This document shows, in pieces, positions 52,083 through 63,530 of a stretch of DNA of 64,000 nucleotides. This DNA is from Mobula hypostoma. Taxonomy: Eukaryota. Position 1 is the first letter of the stretch; each line of letters opens with the position of its first letter. The notes beneath the pieces were generated by a model, which searched no databases, was not told the DNA's origin, and saw only the letters and a program-made list of their open reading frames with translations. The position numbers and the translations under genes are program-made. The stretch spans positions 31,992,001-32,056,000 of the forward strand of contig NC_086101.1 in NCBI RefSeq assembly GCF_963921235.1, in the 5' to 3' direction.

Positions 52083-54765
52083 GGGCATTGTTGTTTCCAC
52101 AGTGAGCTGTGATGTAGCCAGTCAATGTACATTCCATCACACACCTATAGAAGTTTTTCAAAGATTTAGATGTCATGCCAAATCTTTGCAAGCTCCTAAA
52201 CATTTCATTTGGGACAACTCTCAAAGAACAAACTGAAATTGAGAAAATAGCCAGAATTCAATATACAACACACATAAAAGTTGCTGGTGAACGCAGCAGG
52301 CCAGGCAGCATCTCCAGGAAGAGGTCCAGTTGACGTTTCGGGCCAAGACCCTTCGTCAGGACTAACTGAAAGAAGAGCTAGTAAGAGATTTGAAAGTGGT
52401 GGGGGGCGGGCGGGATCCGAAGATTCAATGTGTTTATTTAGGACACAATGTCACTTACTTGGGGCAGGAGACTGTTTCCAAACAGTCTCACTAATCTCAG
52501 TCGTGTAGTCGTTAGACACTACACTGTGCTTACAGCGATCAGTTTTTAAATAGTCTCAGTTGCATATGTTTGTGTTCAAAAAGCAGTGATTTTTGTCACT
52601 GATAGCTGACAAAAAATAAGCAGTAGGAGAATTTGGAACCGTTTTGCTCACTGCAGTTTCAAGCATTCAGGCTTGGTAATGCCAGAAAAGGCTGGGAGTG
52701 AAAATGAAATGATTGCACTACTGCAACAAGTTAGGAATTACAGAAGTATGGACAATCATCTTGAATATTCAATGAAAGTGAAGATTTAGAGAATGCAATG
52801 GTCTAAAGTATTGAATGAAGACAATCCATTATCTGCACTAGATAGATAGATAAATAAATAAATAGATACTTTATTGATCCCAAAGGAAATTACAATGTCA
52901 CAGTAGCATTACAAGTGCACACATATGCAAATATTAGAAGGGAAATAAGAAAGAATTTTAAAAAGTTATTTAAAAAAAGATGTACAAGATTTACAAGTCA
53001 AAGGTTACAAGATTATCCAGATTTCCAAGTTCACACTGATCAGTTGGCACTGCAAGAATTACCATAATATTATACAGTAATGGTGCACATTCACACTGTC
53101 CAGATAAGAAGTGATGGTAGTATTGCACAGAATTGTGCAGGGTGTCCGCAATAGTGGGGTGTAGTAAACATAGATAAACAGAGCTCTGGTAAAAGAAGAT
53201 AACAACTTCCCTGGCAATAGGCTGACTCATCATAGAGCCTAATGGCCGAGGGTAAGAATTACTCTTTGGAGCGGCAGTTGTCTTAGTCTATGACTGAAAG
53301 TGCTCCTCTGTTCATCCAGGCTGGCATACAGAGGGTGAGAAACATTGTCCAGAATTACCAGAATTTTCTGGGGGTCCTTTGTTGTATCTCAGTCTCTGGT
53401 GTGTCCAGTTTGACTCCTATAACAGAGCCAGCCTCTCTAATCATTTTACTGAGCCTATTGACATCACCCCTGTTGATGCCATTACCCGAGCACACCATCA
53501 CATACAAGATACTGGTGACAACAGGCTGCTGGAACGTGTGAAGAAGAGGCCTGCATACTCCAAAGGACCTCAGTCTCCTCAGGAAGTAGAGGTGGCTCTG
53601 GCCCTTCCTGTACACAGACTCACTAGGTGCTGTGCTGATTGTGTTCATTTACAGTCTTGCCTTGTCTTGTCTTGTCCATATTGCACAGTCAAAAGACCAT
53701 GGCCGATAAATTCCTCCACTGATAGCTATTAGGAACTAGTACACAGATTGATAGTACTGTAGAGTTATTGGTAGTGTTCTAATTTGTTCTGTTTTGCATT
53801 TAAATGCACAAATTGATACTCAGTTAAATGGTAGCTTCTCTTTTTTTATGCCTTTTGACTATCTCCATGGAATGTCGGCTAATCGGACAGCTGTTTGATT
53901 GGGCCAAGATGTACTGGTCCCCACGTGTCCCAATTAACTGGAACCTACCGTATTGCAGTCAGTGAACAATAGTCTGCCGTTGGTGCTTTCTCTGTCCAGG
54001 TGCTCCAGGGATGAGTGCAGGGCTGGGGATGTGACATCTGCCAAAGACCCTTTTCGGCATGCAGCAATTACAGTGGGTCTAGTTTGTCTGGGAGGCTGGA
54101 GTTAATAAGCGCCATGAATAGCCTCTTGAAGCACTTCAGGATGGTGGAAAGCAGAGACATGTCATTACTTACATTACTTATTATTTCTTAGATACAGGAA
54201 TGTTAGTGGTCAGTCAGAGTCTGTTTCCCGGGGTGGAAGGTCAAACATTAGAAGGCACAGGTTTAAAGTGAGAGAGGCAAAGTTTAAAGGAGATTTGTGG
54301 GCCGGTTGTTTTTCCACAGAAAGTGGTGGATCCCCGAATGTGCTGCCAGAGAGGCAAATACGACAGAGGCATCGGACAGACTCGTAAACAGGCAGGGAGT
54401 GGAGGGACACGGAACATGCGGGCAGGTGGAATTAGCTGGATCCCATTATGGAGGACACAGACGTGCTGGGCCGAAGTCTCTCCTGGGGCCATTCGGGTAA
54501 TCAGCCGCTGAAAGTTGTTCCCCGTGCCTGGTTCTTGGTACTGTGTCCCCGTTTCTGGGTAGCACCCATAGGTGCTCTCCGCAGCAAACTGCAAATTCGG
54601 GATCTACCCGACAACAAGTGACGCTGAGCGCTGCCCTCGCTGATTGGCTGGAGGCAGCCGCTGTTTTTGGGGAACTATTGTCCAGTTTCAAAGCCTGGGA
54701 AACCCCCCCCCCCAACCCCTTTCCGAGACTCGGGGTGTCACCCTGCCGTACTTTTTGAGGGATTT
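52083..54765 (+). repeat. Tandem segmental duplication, unit A
   Basis: Colinear similarity with 54776-60740, e.g. GGGCATTGTTGTTTCCACAG vs GGTCATTGTTGTTTCCACAG, CAGTGATTTTTGTCACTGA, AAAAGACCATGGCCGATAAATTCC and the terminal CpG segment. Confidence 0.9.
54607..54649 (+). promoter_or_regulatory. Duplicated X1-X2-Y module (unit A copy)
   Basis: CCCGACAACAAGTG, 19 nt, CTGATTGGCT. X and Y are identical to the 60606 copy. Confidence 0.7.
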
Positions 54766-55102
54766 TCTGTTCAAGGTCATTGTTGTTTCCACAGCTGGTT
54801 GTGACGCCGCCAGTCAATATACCTTCCACCACACGTATAGAAGTTTTGTCACAGTTTTCCATGTCATACCGAAACTTCGCAAACTCTTAAACATTTCATT
54901 TGGAACAACTCTTAAAGAACAGAATTAAATTGAGAAAATAACCAGAATTCATTATGTTTATTTAGAACAGAATGCCATTTAACTGGGGCACGAGACTGTT
55001 TCCGAATCTTTTCCAACTAGCCTCAGTCGTGTGCACTGCGTGGGCGTTAGGACATTACACTCCGCTTAGCACTATCAGTTTTTAAATAGCGTCAGTTGTA
55101 CA

Positions 55103-57398
55103 CAGTACCTATAAAAAGTATTCACTGACTTGGAAGTTATCATGTTTTATTGTTTTAAAACATTGAATCACAGTGGATTTAATTTGGCTTTTTGACACTG
55201 GTTAACAGAAAAAAATATTCCTTCCTGTCAAAGCGAAAATAGATCCCTACAAAGTGATCTAAATTAATTACAAATATAAAACACAAAATAATTGATTACA
55301 TAAATATTCACCCCTTTCAAGTCAGTATTTTTTAGATGTACCTTTGTCAGCAATTACAGCCTTGAGTCTGTGTGGATAGGTCTCTGTCAGCTTCGCACAT
55401 CTGGACACTACAATTTTTTTTCCCATTCTTCTTTACAAAACTGCTCAAACTCTGTCAGATTGCGTGGGGATCGTGAGTGACAGCCCTTTTCAAGTCCAAC
55501 CACAAATGTTCAATTGGATTGAGGTCTGGACTCCGACTTGACTGCTCCAGGACATTAACTTTGTTGCTTTTAAGCCATTCCTGTGTAGCTTTGACTTTAT
55601 GCTTGGGGTCATTGTCTTGCCGGAAAACAGATCTTCTCCCAAGTCACAGTTCTCTTGCAGACTGCATCAGGTTTTCCTCCAGGATTTCCCTGTATTTTGT
55701 TGCATTCATTTTACCCTCTACCTTCACAACCCTTCCAGGGCCTGCTGCAGTGAAGCATCCCCACAGCATGATACAGCCACCACCAAGTTTCACAGTAGGG
55801 ATGGTGTGTTTTTGATGATGTGTGGTGTTTAGCTTACGCCAAATATACCTTTTAGTCTGATGGCCAAAAAGCTCAATTTTGGTTTTCATTGGACAATAGA
55901 ACCTTCTTCCAGCTGACTTCAGAGTCTCCCACATGCCTTCTGGCAAACTCTAGCCAAGATTTCAAGTAGGTTTTTTTCAACAATGGCTTTCTCTTTGCCA
56001 CTCTCCCATAAAACTGTGACTGGTGAAGTACCTAGGCAACAGTTGTCTGTGCATTCTCTTCCATCTCAGTCACTGAAGCTTGTAACTCCTCCAGGGGTGT
56101 CATAGGTCTCTTGGTGGCCTCCCTCACTAGTCCCCTTCTTGCATGGTCACTCAGTTTTTAAGGATGGCCTGCTCTGGGCAGATTTACAGCAGTGCCATAT
56201 TCTTCCCATTTCTTGATGATTGCCTTAATTGTACTCCGAGGAATATTCAGTGACTTGAACATTTCCTTGTATCCATCTCCTGACTTGTGCTTTACAATAA
56301 CATAGAAACATAGAAAATAGGTGCAGGAGTAGGCCATTCGGCCCTTCGAGCCTGCACTGCCATTTATTATGATCATGGCTGATCATCCAACTCAGAACCC
56401 CGCCCCAGCCTTCCCTCCATACCCCCTGACCCCCATAGCCACAAGGGCCATATCTAACTCCCTCTTAAATATAGCCAATGAACTGGCCTCAACAGTTTCC
56501 TGTGGCAGAGAATTCCACAGATTCACCACTCTCTGTGTGAAGAAGTTTTTCCTAATCTCGGTCCTAAAAGGCTTCCCCTCTATCCTCAAACTGTGGCCCC
56601 TCGTTCTGGACTTCCCCAACATCAGGAACAATTTTCCTGCATCTAGCCTGTCCAATCCCTTTAGGATCTTATACGTTTCAATCAGATCCCCCCTCAATCT
56701 TCTAAATTCCAACGAGTACAAGCCCAGTTCATCCAGTCTTTCTTCATATGAAAGTCCTGCCATCCCAGGAATCAATCTGGTGAACCTTCTTTGTACTCCC
56801 TCTATGGCAAGGATGTCTTTCCTCAGATTAGGGGACCAAAACTGCACACAATACTCCAGGTGTGGTCTCACCAAGGCCTTGTACAACTGCAGTAGTACCT
56901 CCCTGCTCCTGAACTCGAATCCTCTCGCTATAAATGCCAGCATACCATTCGCCTTTTTCACCGCCTGCTGTACCTGCATGCCCTTTTTCACAGAGCTGCT
57001 TGGAGTGTTCTTTTGTCTTCATGGTGTAGTTTTTGCCAGGATACTGACTCACCAGCAGTTGGACCTTCCGGATATATTTTTACTACAATCAATTGAAACT
57101 CCTTGACTGCACATAAGTGATCTCCATTTCGTTAATTATGTGATTTCTAAAACCAATTGGCTGCACCAGTGATGTGTCATTATATGAATACTTATGCAAT
57201 CAATTATTTTGTGTTTTGTACTTGTAATTAACTTAGATCACTTTGTAGAAACCTGTTTTCATCTTGACACAAAAGAATCTCTTTCTGTTGTTCATTGTCA
57301 AAAAAATTCAAAATTAAATCCTTGTGATTCAATCTTGTAAAACAATAAAACATAAAAACTTCCAGGGAGGGGGGAATGGATACTTCTTATAGGCGCTG
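55103..57398 (-). mobile_element. Degenerate Tc1/mariner transposon
   Basis: TIRs CAGTACCTATAAAAAGTATTCAC and the reverse complement CAGCGCCTATAAGAAGTATCCAT, followed by TA. Minus ORFs: SLNIPRSTIKAIIKKWEEYG (HTH) and TVKLGGGCIMLWGCF...EGKMNATKYREIL (DDE region). Confidence 0.93.
56299..56981 (-). mobile_element. CR1 3' fragment nested in the Tc1 transposase
   Basis: ORF 56392..56991 contains LVRPHLEYCVQFWSP; CATAGAAA tail. Confidence 0.92.
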
Positions 57399-58464
57399 TA
57401 TGTTTAAATAGCAGTGATTTTTGTCACTGACAGATGGCAAGAAATAAGCAGTAGGAGAATTCAGAACTGTTTTGCTCACTGCAGTTTCAAACATTCAGAA
57501 TGGAGGTGCCAGAAAAGGCCAAGGATGCAAATTAAAAGAAATTAAGAATTACAAAAGTATGGACAATCATATTGAAAGTTCAATAAAAATGAAGATTTAG
57601 AGAATGCAATGGTCTAAAGCATTGAATGAACACACTCCATTATCTGCACTAGATAGATAGATAAGACACTTTATTGATCACAAAGGAAATTACAATGTCA
57701 TAGTTGCATTACAAGTGCGCATATACAAATATTAGAAGAGAAGTAGCAAAGAATAAAAAAGTTATTTTGAGAATAAAGTGTACAAGATTTACAAGTGAAA
57801 GATTACAAGATTATCCAGATTTCCAAGTTCACACTGATCAGCTGGTAGTTCAAGAATTACCATTATATTATACAGTAATGGGTGCACATTCACACCGTCC
57901 AGATAGGAAGTGATGGTAGTATTCCACAGGGTGTTTGCAATAGCAGGATGTGGTAAACAGAACTTAAACAGAGGTTAATAACAGTCTTGCAGGAGGAGTC
58001 TTTCTTCACTTCCCCAGCTACAGGTTGACTCATTATAGATCCTCATGGTCGAGGGTAAGAATGACCTCATGTAGCAGCACAGTTGTCTTTGCCTGTTACT
58101 GAAAGTGCTCCTCTGTTCAGCCAAGGTGGCATGCAGAGGGTGAGAAACATTGTCCAGCATTGTCAGGATTTTCCATAGGGTCCTTTGTTCTACCACAGCC
58201 TCCAGAGTGTCCAGTTTGACTCCTATAACAGAGCCAGCCTGTCTAATCTGTTTATTCAGCCTGTTGGCCTCACCCGTGTTGATGCCATTAACCCAGCACA
58301 CAATGGCATACAAGATTGTATTGGTGACAACAGGCTGCTGGAACATTTGAAGGAGAGGCCTTCATACTCCGAAGGACCTCTGTCTCCTCAGGAAGTAGAG
58401 GAAGCTCTGGCCCTTCTTGTACACAGACTCACTTGGTGCTGTACTAATTTTGTTCATTTACAGC

Positions 58465-59510
58465 AATAGAACATAGAACATGGAAATCTACAGCACATTA
58501 CGGGCTCTTTGGCCCACAATGTTGTGCTGACCATGTAACCTACTCTAGAGACTGCCTAGAATTTCCCTACCACATAGCCCTCTAGTTTTCTAAACTCCAT
58601 ATATCTATCTAAGAGGCTCTTAAAAGACCCTATTGTATCCGCTTCCACCACTGCCACCGGCAGAACATTCCACGCACTCACCACTCTCTGAGTGAAAAAC
58701 TCACCCCTGATATCCCTTCTGTACCTACTTCCTAGTACCTTAAAACTATACCCCCTCATGTTAGCTATTTCAGCCCTGGGGAAAAAGCCTCTGGCTATCC
58801 ACCCGTTCAATGCCTCTCATCATCTTACACACCTCTGTCAGGTCACCTCTCATCCTCCATCGCTCCAAGGAGAAAAGGACAGGTACACTTAACCTATTCT
58901 CATAAGGTACACCCTCCAATCCAGGCAACATCCTTGTAAATCTCCTCTGCACCCTTTCTATAGTTTCCACATCCTCCGTGTAGTGAGGTGACCAGAACTG
59001 AGCACAGTACTCCAAGTGGGGTCTAACTAAGGTCTTATATAGATGTAACATTACCTCATGGCTCTTGAACTCAGTCCTGCGGTTGATGAAGGCCAACACA
59101 CCGTACGCCTTCTCAACAACACTGTCAACCTGTGCAGCAGCTTTGAGTGTCCTATTGACATGGACCTCAAGATCTCTCAGATCCTCCACACTGCCAGGAG
59201 TCTTACCATTTATATTATATTCTGTCTTCAAATTGGACCTACCAAAATAAACCACTTCACACTTATCTGGGTTGAAGTCCAGCTGTCACCTCTCAGCCCA
59301 GTTCTGCATCCTATCATCTCGCTGTAACCTCTGACAGCCCTCCACACTATCCACAACACCTCCAACCTTTGTGTCATCAGTAAACTTACTAACCCACCCT
59401 TCTACTTCCTCATCCAGGTCATTTATAAAAATCACAAAGAAGAGGGGATCCAGAGCAGATTCCTGCAGAACACCACTGGTTACTGACCTCCAAGCAGAAT
59501 ACGAACCAAT
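58465..59510 (-). mobile_element. CR1 3' fragment present only in unit B
   Basis: ORFs 58556..58810, 58770..59255 and 59286..59546. Confidence 0.9.
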
Positions 59511-60605
59511 ATGAGCCAAAAGACCATGGCCGATAAATTCCTTCATTGATAACTATTAGGCACTAGTACACAAATTGATAGTACTGTAGAGTTATTGGTA
59601 GTGTCCTAATTTGTTCTGTTTTGCATTTAAATTCACAAATTGATACTCAGTTAAATGGTAGCTTGTCTTTTTTTTATACCTTTTAACTATCTCCATGAAA
59701 TGTCGGCTAATTGGGACAGCTGTTTAATTGGGCCAAGGTGTACTGGTCCCCACGTGTCCCAATTAACTGGAACCTACCGTATAGCAGTCAGTGAACAATA
59801 GTCTGACGTTGGTGCTTTCTCTGTCCAGGTGCTCCAGGGATGAGTGCCGGGCTGGGGATGTGACATCTGCCAAAGACCCTTTTCGGCATGCAGCAATTGC
59901 AGTGGGTCGAGTTTCTCTGGGAGGCTGGAGTTAATGAACGCTTTGACATGGCTCTTGAAGCACTTCAAGATAGTGAATGTCAAAGGCACTAGCTGTAGAC
60001 TTTATTACATTACTTGTTATTTCTCAGCTACAGGGATGTTAGTGGTCTTCTTAAAACAGTCCGGGGGCCTCAGATTGAAGTAGGGAGAGGTTAGAAATAT
60101 CTGCAAATGTGCAGGTAAGGGGGTGGAGAGGTGAAGGAAATGAAGAAGTAAGGAGGTGGCGAGTGGAGCGACAGAGAGGTGAGGGAAGGAGAGGGGTCAG
60201 ACAGTCAGAGTCTGTTTCCCGGGGTGAAAGGTCAAACACTAGAGGGCACAGGTTTAAAGTGCGAGAGACAAAGTTTAAAGGAGATATGTGGGCCGGTTGT
60301 TTTTCCACAGAAAGTGATGGGTCCCCGAATGTGCTGCCAGCGAGGCAAATAGGACAGAGGCATCGGACAGACTCGTGAACAGGCAGGGAGTGGAGGGATA
60401 CGGAACGTGCAGGCAGGTGGAATTAGATGGATCCCATTATGGAGGACACAGACATGCTGGGCCGAAGTCTCTCCAGGGGTCAATCGGGTAATCGGCCGCT
60501 GATAATTGTACCCCGTGCCCGGTCCCTGGCGCCACCTACAGGTGCTCCCCGTTTTGCGTGGCACCTGCAGGTGCTCTCCGCAGCAAAGTGCAGATTCGGG
60601 ATCTA

Positions 60606-60648
60606 CCCGACAACAAGTGACGCTGGGCGCTGCCCTCGCTGATTGGCT
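60606..60648 (+). promoter_or_regulatory. X1-X2-Y module upstream of the probable PSMB9 exon 1
   Basis: CCCGACAACAAGTG (TGACGC X2), 19 nt, CTGATTGGCT; lies in a CpG island. Confidence 0.75.
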
Positions 60649-60814
60649 GGAAGCAGCCGCAGTTTTGGGGGACTCTTGTCCAGTTTCAAAGCCTGGGAAC
60701 CCCTCAACCCCTTTCCGAGACTCGGGGTGTCATCCTGCCGTCCTGCTGTGGATCGGGATCAGGGTGGGGGTGTGTGGGGCGGTGCTCTGTACCCTCCTGT
60801 CCCGTTCCGGCTGT

Positions 60815-60832
60815 ACTTTCTGTTTCACTTCT
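60815..60832 (+). promoter_or_regulatory. ISRE / IRF element ACTTTCTGTTTCACTTCT
   Basis: The reverse strand reads AGAAGTGAAACAGAAAGT (tandem GAAA cores). It contains GTTTCACTTCT like the mouse class I ISRE, ~75 bp before the ATG. Confidence 0.75.
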
Positions 60833-60908
60833 GTGCCGGACACTGCCCCAGACGGCGGACGGGAGAGAGTAGACGGCCCACGGGAGAGAGTAGACGGCCC
60901 ACAGCGAG

Positions 60909-60962
60909 ATGCAGACGACATCGGGACTCATCGGCGGTTCTACCGTGCCAGTTACCACCGGG
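60909..60962 (+). CDS. psmb9: Probable exon 1 (propeptide) of immunoproteasome subunit beta-1i/LMP2: MQTTSGLIGGSTVPVTTG
   Basis: An 18-codon exon ends in V-T-T-G followed by donor GTAGGT at 60963 (phase 0). This matches the PSMB9/PSMB6 layout, where exon 1 stops at Gly-1 before catalytic Thr1. ISRE, X-Y promoter and class I linkage favour PSMB9. Exon 2 (TTIMAVEF-like) was not found in the window, so the call is provisional. Confidence 0.6.
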
Positions 60963-61259
60963 GTAGGTGTTAGTGAGCCCCGGTGCCGCGCGGAGATCGG
61001 CGATACTGGGCGGGACCCGGTGGAGTGGGGCTGTGCTGGGGACCCGGGGGTGTATGTGAGACCTAGAGGGGTTGAAACCACGGGGGAAGCGATGTTGGGG
61101 AAGCTACCAGTGGCAGGGTCCGGCACCGAGCCGGCGGGGCGAGGTCTGCCTCCTGCTCTCGGGAGGAAAACGGGCGGTGGAAGTTCCCTGCTGTTGAGGG
61201 AAGGATTCCCATATACTGGCGGCGGTGACCTGCGGCACTGGTGCCGTCCCCCAGCGCCG

Positions 61260-61410
61260 GGGTCCCGATTCCATCCCGAGTTCGGACGCTGTCCGTCTGA
61301 AGTTTGCGCGCTCTCCCGGTGATGCGTGGATCTCACCCGGAGCTCCGGTTTCCTCCCACGTCCCGAAGACGTGCGGAATCAGTCGCTGAAAATTGCCCCG
61401 TGTTGGGGTG
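61260..61410 (+). mobile_element. HE1/V-SINE-like fragment, CpG-rich
   Basis: The GGAGCTCCGGTTTCCTCCCAC core matches the 11.2-kb copy. Confidence 0.65.
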
Positions 61411-61617
61411 AGGGGTGACATCTCGGGACTTGATGGGAGGAGAAGAAAGAAAAATCGGATTTGGAAGGCCGAGTGGCCTGCCCCAGGCGGTGTGGCGGGA
61501 ATGCAGTCTGCTCACATCTAGACCCAACATCTTACCCGGTTCGCTCCCCACGATCCCTAGCTCACATCAGCTCGATTCCCCCAAGTCTACCCGAATGGCG
61601 CATTTACCCCCACATCT

Positions 61618-62140
61618 CGGTGAGACCACAGTGTGGACAGGTCACTCTGTAGTAAGTCCAGGGTCTGAGTGAGACCACAGTGTGGACAGGTTACTCTGTA
61701 GTAAGTGTCCAGGGTCTGAGTGAGACCACAGTGAGGACAGGTCACTCTGTAGTAAGTGTCCAGGGTCTGGGTGAGACGACAGTGAGGACAGGTCACTCTG
61801 TAGTAAGTCCAGGGTCTGAGTGAGACCACAGTGTGGACAGGTCACTCTGTAGTAAGTGTCCAGGGTCTGAGTGAGACCACAGTGTGGACAGGTCACTCTG
61901 TAGTAAGTGTCCAGGGTCTGGGTGAGACCACAGTGAGGACAGGTCACTCTGTAGTAAGTCCAGGGTCTGTGTGAGACCACAGTGTGGACAGGTCACTCTG
62001 TAGTAAGTCCAGGGTCTGTGTGAGACCACAGTGTGGACAGGTCACTCTGTAGTAAGTCCAGGGTCTGAGTGAGACCACAGTGTGGACAGGTCATTCTGTA
62101 GTAAGTAGGGTCTCTGTGAGACCACAGTGTGGACAGTTTG
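61618..62140 (+). repeat. 49/51-bp minisatellite GAGACCACAGTGTGGACAGGTCACTCTGTAGTAAG(TG)TCCAGGGTCTGAGT
   Basis: About 10 tandem units. Confidence 0.96.
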
Positions 62141-62611
62141 TGATGGTTATCTGGGACTGATGTCCTAGACACCGGGGTGGTGCAGTGAAGATTCACCACA
62201 TGGGTTCACTGAATGGCTTTGTTTTTTGTGGAGATACTGGGTCCTGATATTGGGAGAAGGAATGGTGACCTAAATGAAAACTTCCAAAATTCCAGTGTGG
62301 ACAGGTATACCTGGGAGTAAGTTCCCCTCTCCCCAGTTAGAGGAGTCTGGGTTGTCTCAGAATGAGCCAAACATAACACTGAGTTAAATCGTAAACACAA
62401 ACGATTCTGCAGATGCTGGAAATCCAGAGCAACATCCACAAAAACTGGAAGAACTCAGCAGGTCAGACAGCATGTGGGCATGTGAATAAATTGTTGACAT
62501 TTCAGGCTGAGACCTTTCATCAGGACTGAATGAAGGGTTTCAGCCCGAAACGTCGACTGTTTTTCCCTCCTCATAGATGCTGCCTGACCTGCTGAGTTCC
62601 TCTGGCATTTT

Positions 62612-63530
62612 ATGTGTGTTATATTCCTCACCTCTCCCTCCACATCCTTCAACACCCTCCTCCCCATCCCAGCTCACACTCTCTGTTGTTCCTCACCTCT
62701 GCTTCCCTCCACCTGCCCCTCCCCTCACCCACCTCCGCTTCCCTCCCACCCTCATCTCACCCTCACCCTCTCCCTGCCTTCCCCCTCACCTTTCCACATG
62801 CATTCCTCCCACACCTCTCCTTCCCCTCTTTGCTTTCACCTCCTCCTCCCAAACTTTCCTGCCCCATCCCTCACTTCTCCCCACTCCTCACCACACCTTC
62901 CCCATCCTTTACCATCACTTACATTTCTCACCCCCAACCAATTTCTCCAATCTTCACCATCACCTTTGCCTCTTCTCTATCCCCCTCCTCATCCCCATTC
63001 CCATGTCCCCTTTTTCCCTTCCACTTCTCCCTCTCCCCTAAACCATACCCTCCACTATTCCCTCTCAAACTCCTCTGTCTCTCCCTACACCCTCCCCATT
63101 CACCATCGACTCCCTCCACCCCTCAGCTCACTCACTGCCACCCATCAGCTCTCCCCCAACCTTCATCTCTCCCCTACTCCAATACTCTCCCCGATCCCTT
63201 GGCTCTACCTCATCCCTCACCTCTCTTTCCTCACCCCACCTCTCCCCCACTCCTCCCTATCCACTCCGCCACTCCGTAATCTCCCCCCTGGCCTCACCTA
63301 CCCTACACCTCTCCCTCAATCCCTCACTCTCGTCTCTCCCTCCCTTGCCCCTCCCTCTCCATCTCTTCCCCCATCACCTCTCCCTGACCCATCGGCTCTC
63401 CCTCTCCCTTGTGCACCCTTCCCCCTCACCTCTCCCTTCTGCCCCATTGTCTCTCCTTCCCCTCACCTCTGTCTCACCTCCCGACCCTTCTTCCACCCCC
63501 TCACCCCTGCCTCTCCCCACCTCTGGGTGA
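62612..63530. repeat. Pyrimidine-rich low-complexity tract in the putative psmb9 intron 1
   Basis: Composition. The Pro/Ser/Leu-rich ORFs are a by-product. Confidence 0.85.

Larger units (their letters stand above)
54776..60740 (+). repeat. Tandem segmental duplication, unit B, expanded by Tc1 and CR1 insertions
   Basis: Matches unit A once 55103-57398 and ~58465-59510 are removed. Confidence 0.9.

Noticed and set aside
60232-61336. TAP1 first exon on the minus strand opposite PSMB9
   Set aside because: Minus ORFs (60232..60564, 60506..60973, 60704..61336) lack transmembrane segments and are GC-rich island or CR1-derived frames.
61618-62140. Repeated CACAGTG heptamers as V(D)J recombination signals
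   Set aside because: No ACAAAAACC-like nonamer at 12 or 23 nt spacing and no V/J segments.
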